Of a stretch of DNA of 25,009 bases, positions 1 through 7,221 are shown piece by piece. Where the stretch lies: positions 1 to 25,009 of the IMG/VR virus record IMGVR_UViG_3300029318_000093. One strand, written 5' to 3'. This DNA is from a virus (lineage: Duplodnaviria > Caudoviricetes). Numbering within the stretch: the stretch's first letter is position 1; each line of letters opens with the position of its first letter. Both the position numbers and the translations under genes were made by a program. A model generated the notes under the pieces. That model was not told where the DNA came from, ran no database searches, and saw nothing but the letters and a program-made list of their open reading frames with translations.

Positions 1-138
1 ATCCGAAACCATTCACAAGCCAGCTGCAAAAAAGAACCTATTTTTGTCTTATATGTGTCTAATTTAAGACTCAATAAAAATTATTATTGATAGTCAGCAG
101 CTGGTGCTTATTGAGAATAAAAATCCTCCTGAAGTCAC

Positions 139-164
139 AAAAAAAGGGATGCTTAAAGCATCCC
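139..164 (-). terminator. Intrinsic terminator after GP88-like gene
   Basis: GGGATGCT-TAA-AGCATCCC hairpin (146-164); A139-145 gives a U-tract on the minus strand. Confidence 0.8.
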
Positions 165-186
165 AAAATATAAAAATAGATAATGA

Positions 187-1047
187 TTATCTAATAGTAA
201 ATTTTTCTATATCTTTTTTATTATATTTAATTCCTATTGGTTTTTTAAATCTCAATAGAACTAATTTATTTTTAGCGTCTAAGAATCTCATATCGTCATT
301 ATCTCCATCTATACAATCAAAGTTAATATCAAATATTTTACTATAAAATTTTGTTGGCAATATTTCTTTTTTCTTATAGTTTATAACACTAGCAATATTT
401 ATATTATTCTCCATAGCATCAAAGCATCTATCTATATTTATTTTATTTGATTCTCCATCAAAACTAAACGTCAAATGATAATTAAATTCATTTAATAAGT
501 TTTGATATTCTCTTTTATTTTTTGTATAGTCATACATAATAATATTTTTTTCATGTTTAAATATCTCAAAAATATTAGAATAATAACCGCTATTAATATT
601 AAATGAAAATTTATTATAAATAAAATCTGATAAACCTACACTTATATAAATTTGTATATTTTCAAATAATATATCACTAGTTCCGTTTAATCTATAAGCG
701 GTTAATTCATTATTATTTTTTCTAAAATTTCTAATAATATTTAAAATTAATATATTCATAAAATCGTTTTGACTATCATTAAATGCAATTGTTTTGTTAA
801 TTCTACTTTTAACTTTTGTTGGATAATATAATTTATTACCGCTATGATGTAAGCATAATTTCGCACAATTCAAAGCCGAGGGACATACGTTAATAATTCC
901 GCTTTGGTTAGATGGTGCTAAATGTAGAATATAAGTTTTAATATCTGATTTAATTGTTTTTGGATTTTCGCTTAATAATGTATTGTAATTAAGCTTATAA
1001 GCATCTTGAAATGCTTTAATTGTTTTTGGTAGTTTGTAGTTTTTCAT
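187..1047 (-). CDS. GP88-like phage protein (Cys-motif, radical-SAM-like)
   Basis: 286 aa; LHLAP..NVCP-x4-C-x3-CL, RLNGTSDI, YDYTK, YHLTFS, DGD..DMRFLD motifs recalled from the GP88 family. Confidence 0.7.
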   Translation of the reverse strand: MKNYKLPKTIKAFQDAYKLNYNTLLSENPKTIKSDIKTYILHLAPSNQSGIINVCPSALNCAKLCLHHSGNKLYYPTKVKSRINKTIAFNDSQNDFMNILILNIIRNFRKNNNELTAYRLNGTSDILFENIQIYISVGLSDFIYNKFSFNINSGYYSNIFEIFKHEKNIIMYDYTKNKREYQNLLNEFNYHLTFSFDGESNKINIDRCFDAMENNINIASVINYKKKEILPTKFYSKIFDINFDCIDGDNDDMRFLDAKNKLVLLRFKKPIGIKYNKKDIEKFTIR

Positions 1048-1123
1048 AATTTAGTAGTGATAGATTGATTTTTAAGTTTTTTTTTAGCGTCCTGATAAAA
1101 AACCTGAACACCTGACTAATAAG

Positions 1124-1453
1124 TTATTTTTTAAAAACCTTATAGGGGCTAGAAATATTTTTTATAAAGTCATCAACTGTTATTACATTTAAGTGTGTTT
1201 GCATTTCAAATAATGCTAAACATGATATATTTTCGCCATATATTGACCAATAAAATCGGTCTTTGTGGTTTTTTAAATCGTCTAAATGGATTCTTACTTT
1301 AAACCAATAACCTCTATTTGTATTAACTTCAAAAGTTTTATACTCATGTAGGCCGTTTATAGATTTTTCTATTTTGAAAAATCCTGTTAATCTATCAAAA
1401 TATAGATCATTAAATGAGGTGTAACAATAACCGAAATGGTGTAAATTTTTCAT
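1124..1453 (-). CDS. Hypothetical protein
   Basis: 109 aa ORF in a tightly packed minus-strand run. Confidence 0.6.
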   Translation of the reverse strand: MKNLHHFGYCYTSFNDLYFDRLTGFFKIEKSINGLHEYKTFEVNTNRGYWFKVRIHLDDLKNHKDRFYWSIYGENISCLALFEMQTHLNVITVDDFIKNISSPYKVFKK

Positions 1454-1455
1454 AA

Positions 1456-1662
1456 TTAAATAGATTTAATAAAATTGTTTAGTTTAATTTGTAGGTTTAA
1501 AATATCTATCTCTTTTATTTTTGGATTATGTGAAATTATTTCATTAATTTGCTCACTTGCTAATTGATAATAAATATCATTTTTTTGCAAAGTGGATCTC
1601 CAAAAAAGAAAAAAAACTAATTGTTTTTTAGCTTCACTTAATGTACATTTTTCAAATTTCAT
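1456..1662 (-). CDS. Hypothetical protein
   Basis: 68 aa ORF ending 2 nt before the next start. Confidence 0.55.
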   Translation of the reverse strand: MKFEKCTLSEAKKQLVFFLFWRSTLQKNDIYYQLASEQINEIISHNPKIKEIDILNLQIKLNNFIKSI

Positions 1663-1685
1663 AATTTAAAAAGGATTAAAAGGAC

Positions 1686-1715
1686 AAAAAAAAGATGATG
1701 CTAAATAGCATCATC
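1686..1715 (-). terminator. Intrinsic terminator
   Basis: GATGATGCT-AAAT-AGCATCATC hairpin (1694-1715) with A-run 1686-1693; core resembles the 146-164 hairpin. Confidence 0.75.
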
Positions 1716-1868
1716 AACAATAAAATTTGTTTTTTGTATATCGTTTAAAAGTCTACATTTTAAAGTAGCGTATTTAAAACTATATACTTGATTATCAATA
1801 GGACATAAACCGAGATTTTTTGTTGGTTCTTTTATTTGATAATCTTTTTTGTTGTTTCTTAAAAACAT
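1701..1868 (-). CDS. Hypothetical protein (55 aa, not in ORF track)
   Basis: Read manually: MFLRNNKKDYQ...FIVDDAI*; stop lies inside the terminator hairpin. Confidence 0.5.
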   Translation of the reverse strand: MFLRNNKKDYQIKEPTKNLGLCPIDNQVYSFKYATLKCRLLNDIQKTNFIVDDAI

Positions 1869-1876
1869 GATGATAA

Positions 1877-2011
1877 TTAATTATTAATAAGTACATGAGA
1901 ATAAGAAAAAGGATTTTCGGATGTTTTACTCTTTACCATATTTGAAAAAGTAAAACTTATTAAACCAATACCTAAAATATAGGTAGTAAAAACAATTAAA
2001 AATGTTTTCAT
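1877..2011 (-). CDS. Small single-TM membrane peptide (44 aa, not in ORF track)
   Basis: Read manually: MKTFLIVFTTYILGIGLISFTFSNMVKSK...; first ORF after the 2060-2089 promoter. Confidence 0.55.
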   Translation of the reverse strand: MKTFLIVFTTYILGIGLISFTFSNMVKSKTSENPFSYSHVLINN

Positions 2012-2059
2012 AACTAATAATAGAGGGAGAAAAAAAAGAAATTAACCTCTATAAGCTTA

Positions 2060-2089
2060 ATTATAGTCTAATTGCTAGTAAAAAGCTAA
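2060..2089 (-). promoter_or_regulatory. Promoter: CTAG-palindrome box + TATAAT
   Basis: Minus-strand TATAAT at 2060-2065; box CTAGTAAAAAGCTAA at 2075-2089, 9 bp away. Confidence 0.6.
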
Positions 2090-2281
2090 GTTTTTTAAGT
2101 TATTCTAACCTTTTTATTAATTGGCACACTAACCTGAGACAAGATGAGATTACAAAAAACCTAGTCATAGCCTGGGTTTACAAGGAATTTAGTAATATAT
2201 GAGAATAGATGAGAATCCTATAATTTTAATATTCTTAATGGCTACTACATCAAGATAGCTAGTAAAAAAGTAGGAATATCA

Positions 2282-2309
2282 TAAGACAGTTTTAAGACAG
2301 TTTTAAGAC
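2282..2309. repeat. 11-bp tandem repeat TAAGACAGTTT x2.5
   Basis: TAAGAC at 2282, 2293, 2304. Confidence 0.85.
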
Positions 2310-2412
2310 TGAGCTGGGATTGATGCACTATAAAATTTTAAATTATTAGATAAGGATTTTAAACCATTAATAAAATTGACTCTTAAAACGTATCTAAGAA
2401 AAAAAATTAAAT

Positions 2413-2443
2413 AAAAAAAATCTTGATAAAAAATATCAAGATT
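2413..2443 (-). terminator. Probable terminator hairpin
   Basis: AATCTTGATA-AAAAA-TATCAAGATT (2419-2443) with a minus-strand U-tract, downstream of ORF 2471-2689; stem is AT-rich. Confidence 0.5.
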
Positions 2444-2470
2444 AAAAAAATATTTTTTTTGTATATTAGA

Positions 2471-2689
2471 TTAAAATTTTAATTTCGATTTTAAAATTTT
2501 ATTTTCATTTTTCAAAATTTTATTTTCATTTTGAATAATTCTAATATAAGAAATTAAATCAAGATAATAATTTTTAAAATCATCTAATTTAATATTATTA
2601 GCATCCTTAATTAAGTTAGCTAATTTTTGAGAAAAAATAAAAATTGACATTTTAGCAATTTTTAGATTTGGTTTTTTTTGGTTTTTCAT
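2471..2689 (-). CDS. Hypothetical protein, C-terminal coiled coil
   Basis: 72 aa; NENKILK duplicated; minus-strand TATAAT at 2721-2726 upstream. Confidence 0.5.
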   Translation of the reverse strand: MKNQKKPNLKIAKMSIFIFSQKLANLIKDANNIKLDDFKNYYLDLISYIRIIQNENKILKNENKILKSKLKF

Positions 2690-2856
2690 TTTGTTTAAAA
2701 TGTTTTATGTTTACTCTTTAATTATAAATTTTATAAATTCATAAAAAAATTTTTACGTGCGAAAAACTAAAATTTTTTTATTAATCGTCCTGAAGAGTAA
2801 AAACAAAAAAATTAAAAAATTTATTTCTTTATACTTTAAAAAAAATTAAAAAAATA

Positions 2857-3000
2857 AAATATAAACAAATAAAATAAAAATAAAATATTTAATTATATTT
2901 TTCCTGAATAAATTACAAAAAATAAAATGTAAACAATTAAAAAAAATTACACTTATTAAATATAAACAAATAAATAAAAATAAAATATTTGATTATATTT
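2857..3000. repeat. Near-perfect ~43-bp direct repeat in an almost pure AT tract
   Basis: AAATATAAACAAATAAA(A)TAAAAATAAAATATTTRATTATATTT at 2857-2900 and 2958-3000. Confidence 0.75.
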
Positions 3001-3099
3001 AAGCTTCAAATATTATTTTTAAATATAAACAATTCTAAGAGAATACAATTTATAAAATATAATTAAATAATCGCTAAAAACGTAGTCATAGCAATGGAT

Positions 3100-3136
3100 T
3101 TGACACTTTTTTATAAAAAATAGTACTTTTGTACTA
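3100..3136 (+). promoter_or_regulatory. Sigma70-type promoter overlapped by a cyanobacterial LexA box
   Basis: TTGACA 3100-3105, 18 bp, TACTTT 3124-3129; TAGTACTTTTGTACTA 3121-3136 fits AGTACWNWTGTACT. Confidence 0.55.
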
Positions 3137-3165
3137 ATTTTTTTTGAGATTTTTTGAGAAATTTT

Positions 3166-3301
3166 GAGATTTCCTGAGAAAAAAAGCTTGCGAGTCCCTC
3201 TGTGAAAAAGTCAGCGAGTCCCTCAGAAAAAAAGCTTGCGAGTCTCTCAGAAAAAATGCTTGCGAGTCCCTCGCCAAAAAAAAAGAACCCTTGCGAGTCC
3301 C
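3166..3301 (+). repeat. 24-bp-period tandem array with GCGAGTC core
   Basis: GCGAGTC at 3190, 3214, 3238, 3262, 3293; unit ~GCGAGTCCCTCAGAAAAAAAGCTT; degenerate copy at 3166. Confidence 0.95.
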
Positions 3302-3330
3302 TTTTTTAAAAAATTTATAAAACCTGATTA

Positions 3331-3588
3331 TCAAGTTTCAAGGCAAACCTCAGTTAATGGATCGTTTTCAAACCATACTGTTCGGTCTTCTTTATTTACA
3401 AATTTATTGCCATTATAACTTTCAACTAAATCATGCACCCATTTAGGATAATATTCTTTGCCATCTGAACTATCTAAATTATAATATGATGCATCAGAAG
3501 ATAGTGCATAAATACTAGATCGTAAATCTTCTAAATCTTCTAAATTAATTTCAAAAGAAATATCTACTTTAATTTTTTTAGTTGACAT
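3331..3588 (-). CDS. Hypothetical protein
   Basis: 85 aa acidic ORF overlapping the upstream stop; GAGG RBS. Confidence 0.7.
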   Translation of the reverse strand: MSTKKIKVDISFEINLEDLEDLRSSIYALSSDASYYNLDSSDGKEYYPKWVHDLVESYNGNKFVNKEDRTVWFENDPLTEVCLET

Positions 3589-3775
3589 TGTTTAACCTCG
3601 CTATTTTAGATTTAATTGATGAATACATTTTTCTTTTTTCTGTATCCATGTTTCTTACATCAAGTGCAAACCAAGCATCAAATAAAATTTCTGCTAAAAA
3701 TTTGGTTTCTTGTTCTGTAAGAATTTCTCCTAGTGCATCAAACATTTTTAATACCTCCTTAATCCATATGATCAT
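3578..3775 (-). CDS. Hypothetical protein
   Basis: 65 aa; true start may be the internal MFDAL after AAGGAGG. Confidence 0.65.
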   Translation of the reverse strand: MIIWIKEVLKMFDALGEILTEQETKFLAEILFDAWFALDVRNMDTEKRKMYSSIKSKIARLNNVN

Positions 3776-4145
3776 TAGATTTTACTTCGCCATCCCAAGG
3801 TCTAATGATACCCATATATTTTTCATATGCATATTGGCATCCATCAGAATTGGATGTGTAAATTTTTTTTCTAAATTCTGAACGACCAAATATTGGACAT
3901 CCTTGGTTAGTCATAGGAACATTTTTACCCTCAATAACTGCAAAACTTGGTAGTGAATGATATTTTTGAAATCCCCATGTGCGACCATAATCATCATCAA
4001 TTTTGTTGTCATCAATTCTCATTAGCCATACATTAGATTTACTAATTCTTGTGACTATAAAAAAGTCATATCTTCTAGGGCATCCCCAACCCATTTCACA
4101 AATTTGATTAACTTCAAAAGTTTTGGTTTGTTGAATAGTTTCCAT
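3759..4145 (-). CDS. Hypothetical phage protein
   Basis: 128 aa; first gene of the leftward arm of the divergent promoter. Confidence 0.75.
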   Translation of the reverse strand: METIQQTKTFEVNQICEMGWGCPRRYDFFIVTRISKSNVWLMRIDDNKIDDDYGRTWGFQKYHSLPSFAVIEGKNVPMTNQGCPIFGRSEFRKKIYTSNSDGCQYAYEKYMGIIRPWDGEVKSNDHMD

Positions 4146-4204
4146 AATTTTTTAAAAAAGATTTTACATAGATTCAGGTTTTTTAAAAACCTGAGCCTAG
4201 TAAT

Positions 4205-4249
4205 ATTATAAACGAATGTCTAGCAAAATGCTAGGAAAACCCTTATAAT
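4205..4249. promoter_or_regulatory. Divergent promoter pair sharing a central palindrome
   Basis: CTAGCAAAATGCTAG 4220-4234 with TATAAT on minus (4205-4210) and plus (4244-4249), each 9 bp away. Confidence 0.75.
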
Positions 4250-4273
4250 AAGGGAGTAGTTACACATTTAATT

Positions 4274-4561
4274 ATGTCAAAAACAAAAACTGTCATTCTA
4301 GAAAATGATCCACATTACAAAGAAAAAGCAAAGTGGGCGAAACAATTTAATCATTTAGTTGGTTTAAAAATTGTTGGAGTTCGCTATTTAACTAAAGAAG
4401 AAACTGAAGCAAGTGCTTGGTATTCTTCTCCAATTGCTATTGAATTAAGTGATGGATCTGCATTAATACCTCAACAAGATGATGAAGGTAATGATGGCGG
4501 AGCATTATGGATTGCTAATTCAAAAGGTAAGCAAAGTTTAATTCCTGTAATCAGAGTTTAA
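4274..4561 (+). CDS. Conserved phage hypothetical protein
   Basis: 95 aa; LVGLKIVGVRYLT and DDEGNDGGAL motifs recalled from phage proteins. Confidence 0.75.
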   Translation: MSKTKTVILENDPHYKEKAKWAKQFNHLVGLKIVGVRYLTKEETEASAWYSSPIAIELSDGSALIPQQDDEGNDGGALWIANSKGKQSLIPVIRV

Positions 4562-4563
4562 TT

Positions 4564-4725
4564 ATGAAACCATTAACAGAATCCCAAATGGAAAAAATTT
4601 GGAAAGAAAATTCCGTAGATACTTTAAATCCAATTCATAAAAAACAATTTATGAATTATTTATTTGGAGAAGAATTTATGGAATCAGAAGACAAAGGTTC
4701 TTTAAAAACTTACGAGGTTAATTAA
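4564..4725 (+). CDS. Hypothetical protein (53 aa, not in ORF track)
   Basis: Read manually: MKPLTESQMEKIWK...TYEVN*; fills the gap between neighbours. Confidence 0.65.
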   Translation: MKPLTESQMEKIWKENSVDTLNPIHKKQFMNYLFGEEFMESEDKGSLKTYEVN

Positions 4726-4911
4726 ATGTCAAATGAAATGCTTTGGTTAATTGATGTTTACGAAAAATATTGTAAGCAAAATCAATTACCACATATGTGT
4801 GCTTCTGATCTTTTATATGGAGCAGATACAAGAAACACATTAAACAGAAACCAACAAGTTTGGTTACAAAGATTTATCTCAATTTGGGATATTGTAAACC
4901 AAAATTCTTAA
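4726..4911 (+). CDS. Hypothetical protein
   Basis: 61 aa; GAGG RBS; abuts previous stop. Confidence 0.7.
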   Translation: MSNEMLWLIDVYEKYCKQNQLPHMCASDLLYGADTRNTLNRNQQVWLQRFISIWDIVNQNS

Positions 4912-4922
4912 GGAGAAAAAAA

Positions 4923-5429
4923 ATGCCTAATTGGACAAAAAACGAAGTTACATTTACTTCGCCATTTACAAACAACATCAAAACAATAAAGGAGATCTTT
5001 GAAAAAGGATCTCCATTTAATCAACTTATTCAAGAACCAAAATGGGATGAAATTCCATTAAAAGGTAATGAACGTGTTTGGTATAACAAATCAAAGCGTT
5101 ATGGCAAAAAAGGAGAATTACCTGTATACGAAAAAATTAATTGCAGTAATGGAGACATTATGGAATTAAAAAAATTTAAGTCTACAAATGAACAGGATTG
5201 TAGATGGCATACTTGGAGATGCGATGAATGGGGAACTAAATGGGATGTTCCCAAAGATGATATAGAAATTACTGAAATAAGTAATGGAGAAATCATGGTT
5301 GAATTTTCTACTGCATGGTCTGCACCATATCCAATCTTTAAAAAATTAAAAAAAATATTTAAAGATGTAAATATTGAATGGTATGCCGAGGATGAAGATT
5401 GGGATGGAGAAGGAGGTTTTTTACAATGA
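4923..5429 (+). CDS. YubB/DUF1281-like ferredoxin-fold phage protein
   Basis: Start MPNW.N after AAGGAG; WR..EWGTKWD and F.TAWS.P motifs. Confidence 0.75.
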   Translation: MPNWTKNEVTFTSPFTNNIKTIKEIFEKGSPFNQLIQEPKWDEIPLKGNERVWYNKSKRYGKKGELPVYEKINCSNGDIMELKKFKSTNEQDCRWHTWRCDEWGTKWDVPKDDIEITEISNGEIMVEFSTAWSAPYPIFKKLKKIFKDVNIEWYAEDEDWDGEGGFLQ

Positions 5430-5743
5430 AAAAAATCACATTTCAGGAATGGAAAAAAAATTTTGAAGACATCCCTTATATCAAAGAAAATTACAAAAAA
5501 ATCCATGAAGATTATGGGATTCCAAAAGAATGCATAAATGGTGGAGACAATTACGAATTGTCTCCGACCACAACAATATGTGTGCGAGTCTTTAAGTATG
5601 GTGGATTTTATGAAATTTGTTTAAATAGCCAATATTATTTGTTACTTGGTAACGAAGATTGGTTAGAAGAAAAAACAGATGTAATAGAAAAAGAATTGTA
5701 CGAATGGTGCAATGGCGAAATTTTTAATACGGAGGAAAACTAA
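5426..5743 (+). CDS. Hypothetical protein
   Basis: Start MKKITF with AGGAGG RBS and ATGA overlap. Confidence 0.7.
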   Translation: MKKITFQEWKKNFEDIPYIKENYKKIHEDYGIPKECINGGDNYELSPTTTICVRVFKYGGFYEICLNSQYYLLLGNEDWLEEKTDVIEKELYEWCNGEIFNTEEN

Positions 5744-5919
5744 TGCTTATCAAATCAACAAACAAAAAAGGCACATTTAATTGTGATGAGGATGGAAAAA
5801 AATTAATTGATTTAATTGATTCCTTATGGTGGGGGAGAGATCGGTGGGATAGCTCCACAGAAAAAGTTATGAATGAAATTGCAGATTTATTAGAGATGGG
5901 AGAAGAAGAAAATGAGTAA
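5743..5919 (+). CDS. Hypothetical protein (58 aa, not in ORF track)
   Basis: Read manually: MLIKSTNKK...GEEENE*; TAATG overlap and GGAGG RBS. Confidence 0.65.
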   Translation: MLIKSTNKKGTFNCDEDGKKLIDLIDSLWWGRDRWDSSTEKVMNEIADLLEMGEEENE

Positions 5920-6229
5920 ATATGGTAATTATAGAAAAGCTAAATTTTCTGTTAATCAAGATAAAATTTTTAAAGGGTATTCTGCGGATACATATTGGAA
6001 TGGTCACGCAGAACCTCATTTTGATTTAAAAACTATTCAAGAAATTATTGATTATTATTTAGATCATAAATGCAAAGAGAAAGCAGAACATTGGAAAGAT
6101 GTTTTTGACCATATGGAAATTTTAGATTCAAACAACAAAATTATTCCCTCAAAAATGACACCATGTTTTTTAAACGATTATGATACTGTTTATGAATGTG
6201 GTTGGGGATTTTGTTGGGAAGAAGAATAA
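5912..6229 (+). CDS. Hypothetical phage protein
   Basis: 105 aa; WNGHAEPHF and C-terminal GWGFCWEE. Confidence 0.7.
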   Translation: MSKYGNYRKAKFSVNQDKIFKGYSADTYWNGHAEPHFDLKTIQEIIDYYLDHKCKEKAEHWKDVFDHMEILDSNNKIIPSKMTPCFLNDYDTVYECGWGFCWEEE

Positions 6230-6248
6230 AATTTTTATAGACAAAAAA

Positions 6249-6467
6249 TTAGGACTCTTGCGAGTCCTTTTTTGTTAGTTTGGCAACTGCTTCTTCTAAT
6301 AATAAGGTTGCGAGTCCTGTAGGTTTCATATCCTTAAATTTAGAAAATTCAATATTTGTTTCACTTCCACAAGTGGGACAAATATTTGTTGATGATTTTT
6401 TTGTTAATGTTTCTAATTGTTCAAAGCACTCGTCAGAAATACGAATGTTAAACTGTCTTTTTTGCAT
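6249..6467 (-). CDS. Putative ribbon-helix-helix DNA-binding protein with CPTCG insertion
   Basis: KRQFNIRISDECFEQLETL (Arc/CopG-like strand + helix), later helix TGLATLLLEEAV; GGAGG RBS. Confidence 0.6.
   Translation of the reverse strand: MQKRQFNIRISDECFEQLETLTKKSSTNICPTCGSETNIEFSKFKDMKPTGLATLLLEEAVAKLTKKDSQES
6251..6273 (+). terminator. Intrinsic terminator between convergent operons, built on a GCGAGTC copy
   Basis: AGGACTC-TTGC-GAGTCCT followed by a T-run. Confidence 0.75.
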
Positions 6468-6488
6468 TACTGCGAGTCCTCCAAGTCT

Positions 6489-6776
6489 TTAATAAGGGTT
6501 GTTGTTGTTGAAGAAGAAATCATCTGATTTTGCTCCTTCCTGAAATCCTAATTTTTTTAATTTATTTAGGATGCTGTTAATTGTTCTTGAGCTAATAAAT
6601 TTTAGCTTTTCATAGTGATCTGCTTCCAGCTCACTATGTTTTATATGTTCCATCAGGTCTTTAAGCTGGGAAAATTCAACCCAGGATAAACCCAGGTTAA
6701 AAATTTCTTGCGAGTCCTGGAGGTGTTGCGAGTCTTTTACATTCATTTTAGTATCCTTTAATTCCTCCATCGCCAT
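6489..6776 (-). CDS. Hypothetical protein
   Basis: 95 aa ORF in operon; start may be internal (MNVKDSQ). Confidence 0.6.
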   Translation of the reverse strand: MAMEELKDTKMNVKDSQHLQDSQEIFNLGLSWVEFSQLKDLMEHIKHSELEADHYEKLKFISSRTINSILNKLKKLGFQEGAKSDDFFFNNNNPY

Positions 6777-6939
6777 AGACCTCTTTCATTAAATCGTCAT
6801 ACAATTCTTTGATAGCTTTAACATCAAAAAATTTATCTGTGACACTATCAAGTATTTTGGATTGAGTTTCACTATCATAATTTTTACTTAAGTCTCTGAT
6901 TTGTTTGAGATAATAAGTTCTGTGATAATTGTTTGTCAT
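6748..6939 (-). CDS. Hypothetical protein
   Basis: 63 aa; AAGGAGG RBS; abuts previous stop. Confidence 0.7.
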   Translation of the reverse strand: MTNNYHRTYYLKQIRDLSKNYDSETQSKILDSVTDKFFDVKAIKELYDDLMKEVYGDGGIKGY

Positions 6940-7164
6940 TTATTTACCTCCTTGTAATTGGATGCTCCAATCTTTTAATGTGTTCCAATCTAATCCATAA
7001 TTTGCAGTTGGTTGTGAATCAATTAAATCCAAACGAACAATAATTGAATGATTTGCTAAATCTACAGAAAATCCTGTGCATCTAAATTCTGCACCATTTG
7101 GATTTGTAAACAATGAACCAACAATCCAATTAAGATTGTGTTCTTGACTTCCTTCTAATTTCAT
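6940..7164 (-). CDS. Hypothetical protein
   Basis: 74 aa; first gene after the 7189-7218 promoter. Confidence 0.7.
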   Translation of the reverse strand: MKLEGSQEHNLNWIVGSLFTNPNGAEFRCTGFSVDLANHSIIVRLDLIDSQPTANYGLDWNTLKDWSIQLQGGK

Positions 7165-7188
7165 AATAATTAGTAAATGTACCCCCTT

Positions 7189-7218
7189 AGTATAATCTAT
7201 TTCCTAGCAAATTACTAC
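7189..7218 (-). promoter_or_regulatory. Promoter: CTAG-palindrome box + TATACT
   Basis: Minus-strand TATACT 7189-7194; box CTAGCAAATTACTAC 7204-7218, 9 bp away. Confidence 0.65.
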
Positions 7219-7221
7219 TTT

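Noticed and set aside
3166-3301. CRISPR array
   Set aside because: 24-bp tandem units with no unique spacers and no cas genes
3134-3418. ORFs 3134-3334 (-) and 3236-3418 (+)
   Set aside because: RDSQAFFL repeats follow from the 24-bp DNA period; weak starts; not fully excluded
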